A DNA stretch of 63,875 bases, filler included, from Octopus bimaculoides (Eukaryota), in NCBI RefSeq assembly GCF_001194135.2. It is 6 parts of 6 records of this genome, joined end to end, with 100 filler letters (N's around TTAATTAATTAA, not from the genome) between each part and the next. Parts side by side here need not be neighbours in the genome. Positions count along the whole stretch, not along the records: positions 34,161 to 46,815 come from NC_068987.1; positions 46,916 to 60,617 come from NC_068994.1; 4 more parts are not named here. One strand, given 5' to 3'. Each line of letters opens with the position of its first letter. The stretch's first letter is position 1. The notes under the pieces were generated by a model. It did not search any database and had not been told where the DNA came from. It saw only the letters and a program-made list of their open reading frames with translations. Position numbers and translations under genes: made by a program. Positions 39,435-50,031 of the stretch are shown one piece after another.

Positions 39435-40972
39435 CTACAAGAGGAATAGTTATTATTATTGTATGTGTGTGTGTGTGTGTGACTGTGCGCACGCGCATGC
39501 TAACAAATGTACCACATTATTAATGGTTTGTTGGGACACAATATTTGTGTGTTTTATTCACGGAATGCGAGGCAAGAACTGGAGATCATTTAGTGTTTCT
39601 AAAATTTCTTGAAATATGTCAATGCCAACTTTAGTATGTGTTTTTCATGCAGCAAGCGTCCCTACGTATGCTCTTCATGTCCTTCTTGTACATTCAGTGT
39701 ATATGCACTAAAATCTTTTATCTTCTTTTATCATTCTTAGATCTGGCAATACAGGTTAGACTATATTTAGCTAATGAAGTTTAGTAACAGCGAAATATTC
39801 TCAAAGTTATTCCCGTATAGCCGTAGATCGTCTTCACTCTCCATAACACTATTTTTAATTACTTAACTAATTAAAGTTCGAGATTGTCCCTCTACCAGAA
39901 TTAATAAACCATTACGATAATGACATTTCACTCATCACTACGGTTTTTTTTTTAATAATTACATAATTTTGCTTAACGCTTGCTTTATCGCCCTTTTTAA
40001 GTTACAGCCATGATTCGAAAAGTAGTACAGTGCACTACTGTACTACTGTCGACAATCATACAGGGCGTACATACAGCAGTATGTTTAAAGCAGCCATCGC
40101 ATCTATTTTCTTATAGATAGATTTCTATCATTTGGCTTTCAAGTATTTTGACTGTGGCTTTACTGTTGCTTATTTTATCCAGAAGAAAGAAAAGGGAAAC
40201 TCAGAATAAATCGTCAATGAAAGAATAGAAACTCTATACCTGTAAGTAAGGGATCAGATGTTGTGTGGGCCAACACTTATGAGTTATTAAACTGTAAGAA
40301 TGTGAACATAATTGCGTTTATGTGGACAGCTCTAGCTGAGTGTCGCTAATGATTAAGTGGAGTGTGGCTTACTTTACTTCTTTGAGTAGGGTTCGTGTGT
40401 TCTTGCTAGTGAAACAGACAAGATCGACATATCCCCGTTGAAGGATATTTTCAAGGCCTCCGGTCATGGAGTCGGTGTGTTTGGCGTGTAGTGTCAAGCA
40501 CGGCTGGCTCAAGGTACCGGCAAATCGGGCAGTCTCTCGGGGCGCCTTGTGCTAGGTGGGCGCCAAGGAGGGCGTAACAAAGACAAAGCAACTTCCACGA
40601 CCGTCAGCTTGTACATGCCGAAGTTCAGCTTGCCTGGTATGCCAGCAACCTTAAAGCCGGCCCTGGTGTCTAGGCTGCAAACGGATAATGTATGGCTGAA
40701 TAATGTTAGGAAGGAACAAAGGGTAAGGGTCACCCGTGTTAGAGTAGGCGTTGTTGGATATGGCAGCAAGTTATTGTTGTTTGAAAGGAAGAAACTGGGG
40801 ATGAAAAGTCGAACTCTTAGCTGCTTTGGGTCAGAGGGGCTGCTTTGTGAAGAATGGAGGAGAGAGAGGGAGATGAGAAGAAGAGAAGGAAAGGTATGGA
40901 GTAGAGAAGATGATGATGATGATGACGATGATGACGAAGAGGAATAAGAGGAAGAAACAGAAAACAACTCAC

Positions 40973-41077
40973 TTGATTTGATAATAATGTAACTGAAGAA
41001 ATAATTCTGCCTCACTTCAGTTTTGGGAGTTCTCTCAACAAAATTGTCAGGATTATTTATGTCGAAATAACCATAAT
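40973..41077 (-). CDS. REJ-type gene exon C, phase 1-1: (D)YGYFDINNPDNFVERTPKTEVRQNYFFSYIIIKS
   Basis: Acceptor ctttttgtctttattttgcag, donor gtgagt; 105 nt. Bridges B and D in frame, giving IIIKS-NVLQAG..Y, a REJ-like L.I..NVL..G..Y motif. Confidence 0.78.
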
Positions 41078-41407
41078 CTGCAAAATAAAGACAAAAAGGT
41101 TTAAATTTCTTACATGTGTTGTTATTTAACCCTAGGCCAGTCATGATCGAGCTGGTCTATGGTCATAGGCATTCCAGAGGAAACTAATCTCAGTTGTGAT
41201 ATGAAGGAAATTTATTTGGCTGCTATTTCTAGCAGGTTCCGTTATTCCATTATTATTAATGCTGCTGAAAAGATGTCTTAGCTCTGTTAATCTCAGTTAT
41301 AGTTTATCAAATCAATGCGTTTCAAACTATTATTTAATCCTCATTTGTTAGGAGATGTCACATGTAGCTGTTTTTATTGTTGTTATAACTGTGGTTGCTA
41401 TTTGAGT

Positions 41408-41793
41408 AGTGGAGGCGCAATGGCCCAGTGGTTAGGGCAGCGGACTCACGGTCATAGGATCGCGGTCTCGATTCCCAGACCGGGCGTTGTGAGTGTTTGT
41501 TGAGCGAAAGCACCTAAAGCTCCACGAGGCTCCGGCAGGGGATGGTGGCGAACCCTGCTGTACTCTTTCACCACAACTTTCTCTCAATCTTACTTCCTGT
41601 TTCTGTTGTGCCTGTAATTCAAAGAGTCAGCCTTGTCACACTGTGTCACGCTGAATATCCCCGAGAACTACGTTAAGGGTACACGTGTCTGTAGAGTGCT
41701 CAGCCACTTGCATGTTGATTTCATGAGCAGGCTGTTCCGTTGTTCGAATCAACTGGAACCCTCGACGTCGTAAGCGACGGAGTGCCAATAACA
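41408..41793 (+). mobile_element. tRNA-derived SINE family A, full length, 11-bp TSD GCTATTTGAGT
   Basis: TSD at 41397-41407 and 41794-41804; lies in the REJ-gene intron. Confidence 0.9.
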
Positions 41794-42274
41794 GCTATTT
41801 GAGTTGATGTCAGCTCTGATCAACCAGACATATCAAAATCATCCCAATCATGACCATTTCCTCTTTTAGGAAATATGTTTCGATGTTATTACCATACCAT
41901 CAGCAAAGTATACCTGTTGCCGTACTTGCCGAAGATAAAACAGAATAGTTAAAGTGACTGTAATAGACACGTAAAAGACATGTCGGACAACACAGTCCAA
42001 TGTGTTATTTCCTTTATATGGTAGGGTGTAATTTAAATGAAATTAGGCTGCTATTTCTTGCAGGTTCAGCCCAGAGACTCCCTTGCACACTGCTAAACGT
42101 TATATTCATGTATCTTTACTCGCGCTTGATTTCAAGTCCTTAAGTTTCTTTTCAGGCGTCGATTTGACGACAAATTTATTGTATGCAACGTGAATATCTT
42201 AGATTTGTAATGTTTGGTCCTAGATTCAAATTCCTTTTCTACTCTAGGCACAAGGGGAGGGGAGGGGGATACTT

Positions 42275-43260
42275 AATTTATCGACCCCGAAAGGATAAAA
42301 GGCAAAGTCAACCTCGGCGTAATTTGAACTCAGAACGTATAAACAGACGAAATACCGCTAAGCATTTCGCCCAGCGTTCTAACGTTTCTGCCAGCTCGCC
42401 GCCTTCCTAGATTCAAATTCCACCGAGGTAAACTTTAGCTGATATCATTGTGCTTTTTAATTTAGTCTGAAAAAGAAATATAGTATTCATAGTCTTTATT
42501 GGCTGAGTTAAATATAATTTCTGTTCAGTTTAAAGCTCTAGGAATATAGCTACTGTCTAACATCACTATGACCAAAGAACAAGACAATATTGTTTATTCT
42601 CTTAAGCGGCGAGCTGGCAGAAACGTTAGCGCGCGGGCGAAATGTTTATCGGTATTTCGTCTGCCATTACGTTCTGAGTTCAAATTCCACCGAGGTCGAC
42701 TTTGCTTTTCATCCTTTCGGGGTCGGTAAATTAAGTACCAGTTGCACACTGGGGTCGATGTAATCGACTTACTCCTTGTTTGTCCCCCCTATGTTTAGCC
42801 CCTTGTGGGCAATAAAGAAATAAGAAACGTTAGCACGCCGGGCGTATTTCTCCTGTCTTTACGTTCTGAGTTCAAATTCCGCCGAGGTCGATTTTGCCTT
42901 TCATTCTTTCGGGGTCGATAAATTAAGTACCAGTTGCGTACTTAATCAGCTGGCCCTTTCCCCCAAAATTTCGGACCTTGTGCCTAGAGTAGAAAAGAGT
43001 TTTGTTTATTCTCGCTGAGAAATCGAAAAAGATAATTTCACATCTAAATTAACTTTAATCAAGATCTCGTTGGGTTAGGATATTTAATGCAAGGAGCATT
43101 ATAAAGCTCACTAGAAATAAATGTGAGGCAGAAAAAAACCCCACCAAGATCGACTTTGCCTTCATCCTTTCGTAGTCGTTAAAATAAGGACTAGTTGAGC
43201 ATTGGGATCGATGTAATAGAGTTGCTTCCTCACCCGAACTTGTTGGCCTTGTTTGAAACG
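42275..43260. mobile_element. Cluster of 4-5 SINE family C copies in both orientations
   Basis: - copy about 42275-42408; + copies about 42606-42825, 42826-42995 and 43140-43260. Confidence 0.8.
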
Positions 43261-43537
43261 AATATAGTTGTCATTTTTCCTGCAAATATGGGATACAACT
43301 CTAGATATGTTCCGATGTTATTACAACCTCATCAGCAAAGTATACCTGTTGCTGTACTTGCCGAACATAAAACAGAATAGTTCAAGCGACTGTAATAGAC
43401 ACTTAAGAAATAAATTCATGAGTCAGTTTCGATTTTCTCTTCATCTTATTACTTTAGTAGTCTTGAGAAGTACTTAGAAGTAACTAAATCATATTTAACT
43501 TATCCCCATAGATTTGTAAGAAATCATTGTAATTTAC

Positions 43538-43658
43538 CTGAAAGATTGGAATTGTCTACGCGCCACTCAATAGAGAAATTGGTTGTTGAGGTGATATAGA
43601 CTGTTAGTTTTAAGGAATGACTTGTTAAAACTTTAGTTGGTGCAGGTTCAAACAATAC
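43538..43658 (-). CDS. REJ-type gene exon B, phase 0-1: VLFEPAPTKVLTSHSLKLTVYITSTTNFSIEWRVDNSNLS
   Basis: Strong acceptor ttttttttatatctccttcacag, donor gtaaat; 121 nt, continues exon A frame; too short for the ORF track. Confidence 0.8.
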
Positions 43659-44000
43659 CTGTGAAGGAGATATAAAAAAAAGTGTTTAAAAGAAAAATGA
43701 CGACTTTTCATTTGACATAACTGTCTATGGTCTTCATGTTTACCTCCATGTCAACTATGACGCTGAGAAAAACTGTATTACATATGCAATACGGGCATGG
43801 CCATCCCGCAGGCATGATGTATGGTTAATAGGTTTGCTGCACCTTGGGCAAGTATCTTTGCCTATAATCACGAAATGGCCAGCGGCTTGTGAGTAGAATT
43901 CGGTTGACGGAACTGCACAGACAGCCGTGCACATATGTGTGTGTGTGTCTATGTGTTTATGCATACACACATGCATATATATGTGTATATATATATATGT

Positions 44001-44087
<87 letters not shown>

Positions 44088-44172
44088 CACACACACACAT
44101 ATATATATAAACTATATTGAGCTCTCTCTATCTTAAAGCTAATTAGTTCTAAGTACGATTTATCAACCGTTC

Positions 44173-44204
<32 letters not shown>

Positions 44205-45279
44205 TCAGACTCGTTTGAAATCAGGCATTGTTTTTCATATTGTATCCCTTTATGTCTTGGGGGCCAATACGATCGACCAGCACCTTGAAAGTGGTGCCCC
44301 AGTATGGCCTCAGTTTAACATTTGAATCCAACAAATGAATTAAAGAAAAAGTGTACTTAAGACAACTTTCAACTCTGTGTCTGTATGACTTCCCTATTTT
44401 TCAAGAAGGTAAGATGTAATATGTTTTCAGAAAGGCTTGGGTGCTATGTCTAGTAGCTTGAGTGACTATGTGTAGGGACTCATTCAACACATTATTATTT
44501 GGTGGATAATCAACAGACACGATACAGCAGAGACAAATAAATAATTTTACAATCTTCAATCAAACTCATTTTATGTTCTGAGTTTAAATTACATAGAAAT
44601 TGTTATTGTTATTGCTTTGTCCCACGTCATCCCTTATTGACCAGATATGTGACGAAAGACTTTTAAGCAATGACCATCCTGTATTTTTTCAGATAGTACG
44701 CATTTAGGGTCAAGCTACTTAATGCATCCGTCCTTTATTTTTTAAATAGAAATTATGTGATTTCTTGGAGATTTGGCTGCTATATTTAGTAAGACAAGTT
44801 GTACTCGACAGGATTCCAGATGACAGCATAAAGGGAGGTGGGTAACTAAACAGCAGAAGACATTATAATTGTGATCCGTCATCCACATTTCACAGCTTTG
44901 ATGACTGGTATTTGGCTATGTGTTTACATGCCATGATAGAACCAATGATAACACAGCCTGTTTTTGATTTCATTATCATTACTACAGAGTGGAATATAAA
45001 AAAAAAATGGAATGGAATAATCTGTGAGGTATTTAGTCCGACGCTTCGCCATTTCTGCTCTTCTATGGTGCTTAGATATTTTTTAAATGTGATAACAATG
45101 CACCCGATATGTTTATCTTAGCCGTTCATTTCTCGTTTATAAACACGTAGACTGCATGGGGAAATTTTACGAGTAAGATTTTACTGAAAAAATATGGTTC
45201 TAATGAAAATATATAAATAATATACTACAGTAAATTATAATAGAAAAGAGGTTATAATAAAGCTAAAAAAGACACTTAC

Positions 45280-45489
45280 TTGAGGTGGTGGGTCTGGAAC
45301 AGTAACTATTTGAACAGAAGCAGACGACTTCCTTTGACCCTTTGTCATGGTTAAAGTAAAATTATAGGTGTAAGATAATATGAGACTATCTGCAGCAAGT
45401 TCCAATTCAGAACTCGTAATATTTGGTAAATCCAGGAATAATATTCCTTTGATATAGCATGGGTTAGGCTGGCTCATTTCAAGCCTTGT
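45280..45489 (-). CDS. Polycystin-1-like (PKD1L/REJ-type) gene, visible exon A, phase 0-0: TRLEMSQPNPCYIKGILFLDLPNITSSELELAADSLILSYTYNFTLTMTKGQRKSSASVQIVTVPDPPPQ
   Basis: Acceptor ctttaatttttcag, donor gtaagt; 210 nt open. L..DSL....Y.FTLT.TKG.R.SSA...I......PP matches the REJ module pattern (recalled family knowledge). Confidence 0.85.
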
Positions 45490-46039
45490 CTGAAAAATTA
45501 AAGATTTGAATTTTTAAGAAGCATAGCAGTTGAATAATCTATGTTATAAATCTAGGATAAACACATCGTCTGTTCGAAATATATGTTCACTTAAGAAATT
45601 ACTCTGAATACAACAAGATAATGAAAATGAAACAGCTTTTCAATTTTACAATAATAGGGGCTCAATCTGTTCTATTTTACATTGAGTGGATTGGGATAAT
45701 TTGAAAGCTATATTCATGATTTTTGTGCTGTGAGTACGATTTTGGAAGAGAGCAGCTGATTCTAGCATCTAACCTTGAGCGGTCACTTGAAAAACTCTGG
45801 TAACATATTTTCCTCACTGTACATATGATACAGAGTTCTTGGTGGCTTTGGAAAAGTTAGTGTATATGTGCTTTGAAACAACCCTCGTAATCAAGGCTTG
45901 TCATGTATTTTATTGTTGTGGGGTTTCTAGTAGAGTCTTTCACGTTTCATAAAATTTTGTTTGGTACAAAGAGAATTTAGGGAATAACAATGCTTCAGAT
46001 ATACAATTGCAGAGAATATTAGGACAATGACATCTGAGC

Positions 46040-46200
46040 TACTGAACGGAAAAGTTATCAGGATTAAAAAAACTTACACCGCCAGCCGCAGTGATATTGT
46101 TGTAGGCAGTCCAGTTGAGGTTGTGGTCAACAATTACCCCTAAGTCTCTGACACGACCGAACTCTGATGGGTCCTCCACAGAATTTGCTTGTTGAAGCAC
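46040..46200 (-). mobile_element. CR1/L2-like LINE RT-thumb relic
   Basis: VRDLGVIVDHNLNWTAY matches the DLGV.vD..L.F..H motif. Confidence 0.55.
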
Positions 46201-46261
46201 GAACTCTTTTCCATCGTGCATATTTTATTTTACCTATTCATTTTATTTATATATGTATTTG

Positions 46262-46572
46262 TAGTGAAGGCACGTGGCTTAGTGGTTATGGCATTCGACT
46301 CACGATTGTAAGGTCGTGTGTTCAATTCCCGGCGACGCGTTGTGCCCTTGAGCGAGACACTTTATTTCACGTTGCTCCAGTTCACTCAGCTGGCAAAAAT
46401 GAGTAGTACCTGTATTTCAAAGAATCAGCCTTGTCACACTCTGTGTCACGCTGAAGCTCCGTTATGGGCGTCTGTAGATTGCTCAGCCACTTGCACGTTA
46501 ATTTCACGAGCAAGCTGTTCCGTTGATCGTATCAGCTGGGATCCTCGTCATCATAACCGACGGAGTGCTCCT
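46262..46572 (+). mobile_element. SINE with a different tRNA head and mid-body sharing the family A 3' half
   Basis: Head gcacgtggcttagtggtt; 3' half cagccttgtcacact...gttaatttcacgagc...acggagtgc shared with family A. Confidence 0.7.
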
Positions 46573-46629
46573 ACTTTCGTATTAAATGCACTTATTTTTT
46601 AGGCACAACAATTACACACACACACACAC

Positions 46630-46800
46630 ACACATTTCTATTTTCTATTTTCTCTCCCTGTTTATTTCTGTGTTTCTTTCTGTCGAAGAGCATAGGCTCG
46701 AAACGTAAAAGACTTTCTCACTTCCCGAGCATTAAACTAATACATCTCTTTGTTGTTTACACACCCGTCTTCGTCTTTTTTTTTGTAAATTCTCACTATA
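46630..46800 (+). mobile_element. PLE-like terminal repeat carrying a hammerhead-like motif (46675-46712)
   Basis: tctttCTGTCGAAGAGCataGGCTCGAAACGTAAAAGA; homologous inverted copy at about 63545-63730. Confidence 0.55.
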
Positions 46801-47194
46801 TATATATATATATATNNNNNNNNNNNNNNNNNNNNNNNNNNNNNNNNNNNNNNNNNNNNTTAATTAATTAANNNNNNNNNNNNNNNNNNNNNNNNNNNNN
46901 NNNNNNNNNNNNNNNGGTTACAGTTTTTTTTTCTTTTTGTGTTTAGCTGTTATTTCTAGCATATCAAGTTTCCCTCAGTGTCTAATCCCAATGTGCACCT
47001 TTTTTAAAATTTATTTACGTTGTTTAGAAAATAAAAATTATTTTGTTCACAAAATTTAATTCAAAGAAAAAAAATGTATGAAGTTAACAAAAACAGATAG
47101 TGTGTTATTTTTATTCCTTCTACCTATCGACGTTGTTTAGAAAAGAAAAAAGTAATTTTTAAAAAATTATTTACTTTGTTTGAAAGAAATTATT

Positions 47195-47693
47195 TACTAA
47201 TTTGCATACGCGCGCACGCGCACACATGTATTCATTTGCGCGCGCACTTTTCGTAGGATCGACCACTCACGACTAGCTAACGCGCGACAGCGCAGACGCG
47301 CGACAGCGCAGACGCGCGACTGCGCGTTCGGGTCCGCTCTGCTTGAGTAGTACCGATTGTATACCTGACTTTCTACTATAAAATTAAAGAAATAGACGGA
47401 ACGCTGAACTCCAGACTAAACAACTTAAACAACCTTTATTTAGGTGGTAAAACATACATATCTTTAGTTATACATCTTTAGAGGTGAGAATAACGAGCTG
47501 TCGAGTGTAAGACCGAAAGATGTAGAGACAGCTTTAAACACACGTCCATGCTCAATTGCTGGCCAGCGAGAAAGAGAATGAATTGAGCGGGAAACGCTTG
47601 CTTGTTTAATTCTATGCATGTGTAAGACTACGCATGCGCAGGCGTTACTACAGTTTTATTCAGATGCGTAACAAACGAACTCATACAGTGAGT
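47195..47693. promoter_or_regulatory. CpG-dense putative promoter upstream of the METTL27-like exon
   Basis: High CpG/CGCG density against an AT-rich background; NRF1-like ACGCATGCGCA (47630-47640); consensus donor CA|GTGAGT at 47688. A solo-LTR reading is not excluded. Confidence 0.4.
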
Positions 47694-48210
47694 ACACGAC
47701 GTTCAATAAAGTTAACTGGGATGAAGAAAAAGGTTCTGAACATCTTGCCATGTTCCACGATGACAATGAGAAAGTAGAAGGAATTCAAACTACAAAATTT
47801 ACTTTCAGACAGACACTAGGCGTAGAATACAATAGGGAGTTGCTGGTAGGAAAGGATATCGAAATCCGTGTGCCTGGCTCTCTGAAGTTGATCTTGTGTT
47901 GTAGGGAAAAAGAAAAAGTTCAATTGGAATAAACTCTTAAGTAGGCGATACGCTTCTAATGCCCTCCTGTGTGTCATTTAGCAGCTGTGCCGTGTATGCT
48001 AGCAAAAGGTGAGCAAACCAAATTCGCTTGGGATGTTCTAGAACATTCGACAGGGAGATAACTGTTGTTGACGCAAAACGGATATTTTGTGGGCTACAAA
48101 CCTGCTTCAAATAACATTGCCTACAAGTCCATAGGCAAAAAATAGTTGAAGACTATGACATAAACCTTTTTTTATATAATTGATAACTTTTATAAAAATC
48201 TTTATATAAA

Positions 48211-49519
48211 GAGGGTGCATAAGATATTTGAGGACATACATTTTGGGACATTGCTGCATTTTTTTGCTAAATCTGTATAATCTTTGTTTCAGAAAATAAT
48301 AATGGCAAATGAAAAGGCATGCTGTTGTTGTGGTTATAAAGACTGAGCATAGTGATTTAGAAATATCTAGAGTTTTAAAAGTTGCCAGAACATTGTCTAC
48401 AAAGTTTGTAAGGAGCTAGAGACTGAAGATGGATATGTACCACCAGTATCAAAGCATAAAAAGCATTCTAAATGCTCTGAAATCATCAGAACAATTGAAT
48501 TTATCCAGCAAGTTCAACAGACCATTGATTACAATCCCAGAAAGTCCATGAGGTCAATTGCAAAAGCTATCCATGTGTCGGAAGGAACAGTCAGAAATGT
48601 TGTCCATGAAGACATCAGATATAAGTCTTATATGATAAGGAGAGGGCAATTTGTCAGAAAAAGCAAAAGAAAATCGCTACATCAGATCTAAAAGGCTCTT
48701 AAACAAATTGAAAATTACAGCAGAAGAAGATTTGATTTGGTTTTTCTCAAATGAGAAAAACTTCGAGTAAGACCAAAAAGTTAACAGAAGAAATGACAGA
48801 TGGTTATGTGCAGACCCTTCTGAAGTTCCAAGTGTTATACATCCAAAATTTCCTGCAACTGTCATGGTTTTAGGGGTTGCCAGCAATGAAGGACATGTAA
48901 TGCCTCCTTACTTCTTTCCACAAGGCCTTAGAGTTAACTCTGCCGCCCACATTGAGGCCCTGGAAATAGTTGTTAAGCTCTGGATAGACAGTGTATGCAA
49001 TGGAAGGCCATATGTGTCTCAGTAAGACTCTCCACTATCACACATGGCTCTAGCAACACAGGAATGGATGGCTGAAAATTTTCACGATCACACAACCCCT
49101 AACATTTGGCCTACCAATTCCCCAGNNNNNNNNNNGCTGAAAATTTTCACGATCACACAACCCCTAACATTTGGCCTACCAATTCCCCAGATCTCAATCC
49201 ATTGGACTATTACATGTGGAGCGTTGTTGAGAGAGAGCTCAATGAACACACTCATAGCACCAGAGATTCTATGAAAGCTGCCATAGTCAGAGTAATGTCC
49301 AAAATGAACCAGGACCACATGATTCCATCATGTAGATGGTCTAGATCTCATATAGGAACAGTTGTTGAAGCTGAAGGTGGCTTTATTGAATAACATTATA
49401 GAAAATAAGGTTTATTGTAATCCTCATAAGCATTTTTTGATAAATAAAGTTATCTGTTATTATATATCTATTTTTTTTTAATAAACATAAACCCGTCCTC
49501 AAATATCTTATGCACCCTG
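48211..49519 (+). mobile_element. Tc1/mariner-superfamily DNA transposon, DD37D (maT) type, defective
   Basis: TIRs AGGGTGCATAAGATATTTGAGGAC (48212-48235) and GTCCTCAAATATCTTATGCACCCTG (49495-49519) followed by TA. Transposase relic FFS(N)EKNF ... Q*DSPLSH ... WPTNSPDLNPLDYYMW; 37 residues between D2 and D3; stops and frameshifts. Confidence 0.9.
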
Positions 49520-49908
49520 TATATANNNNNNNNNNNNNNNNNNNNNNNNNNNNNNNNNNNNNNNNNNNNNNNNNNNNNNNNNNNNNNNNNNNNNNNNNNN
49601 NNNNNNNNNNNNNNNNNNNNNNNNNNNNNNNNNNNNNNNNNNNNNNNNNNNNNNNNNNNNNNNNNNNNNNNNNNNNNNNNNNNNNNNNNNNNNNNNNNNN
49701 NNNNNNNNNNNNNNNNNNNNNNNNNNNNNNNNNNNNNNNNNNNNNNNNNNNNNNNNNNNNNNNNNNNNNNNNNNNNNNNNATATATATATATATATATAT
49801 ATATACTCTATAGATGAGTTTAATAGTTGAAAAAAGAAATGTTGATTTTATTAAGAATAATACTAATATATTTATTTATAAATTTCTATATTTTTTTTTA
49901 TGTTGTAG

Positions 49909-50031
49909 TCTATGAGTAAGAATGTTTACAAGGGACCGTATCTGGTTTCCAAGGCTGTCAACGACAACATTCCAAATAAAAATGCTAAAATTCTTGATAT
50001 TGCTTGTGGTACAGGATTTGTTGGTGAACAT
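49909..50031 (+). CDS. METTL27: Exon of a METTL27/WBSCR27-like class I SAM methyltransferase: SMSKNVYKGPYLVSKAVNDNIPNKNAKILDIACGTGFVGEH
   Basis: Acceptor ttttttttatgttgtag, donor gtatgt; 123 nt, phase 0-0. SAM motif I ILDIACGTG preceded by Y.GP, matching the METTL27 Y(R/K)(A/G)P...ILDVACGTG arrangement. Flanking exons not found. Confidence 0.75.

Noticed and set aside
40509-41144. 211-aa minus-strand ORF as a single gene
   Set aside because: Only 40973-41077 behaves as an exon; the rest is read-through over (TCA)n/(TC)n intron sequence.
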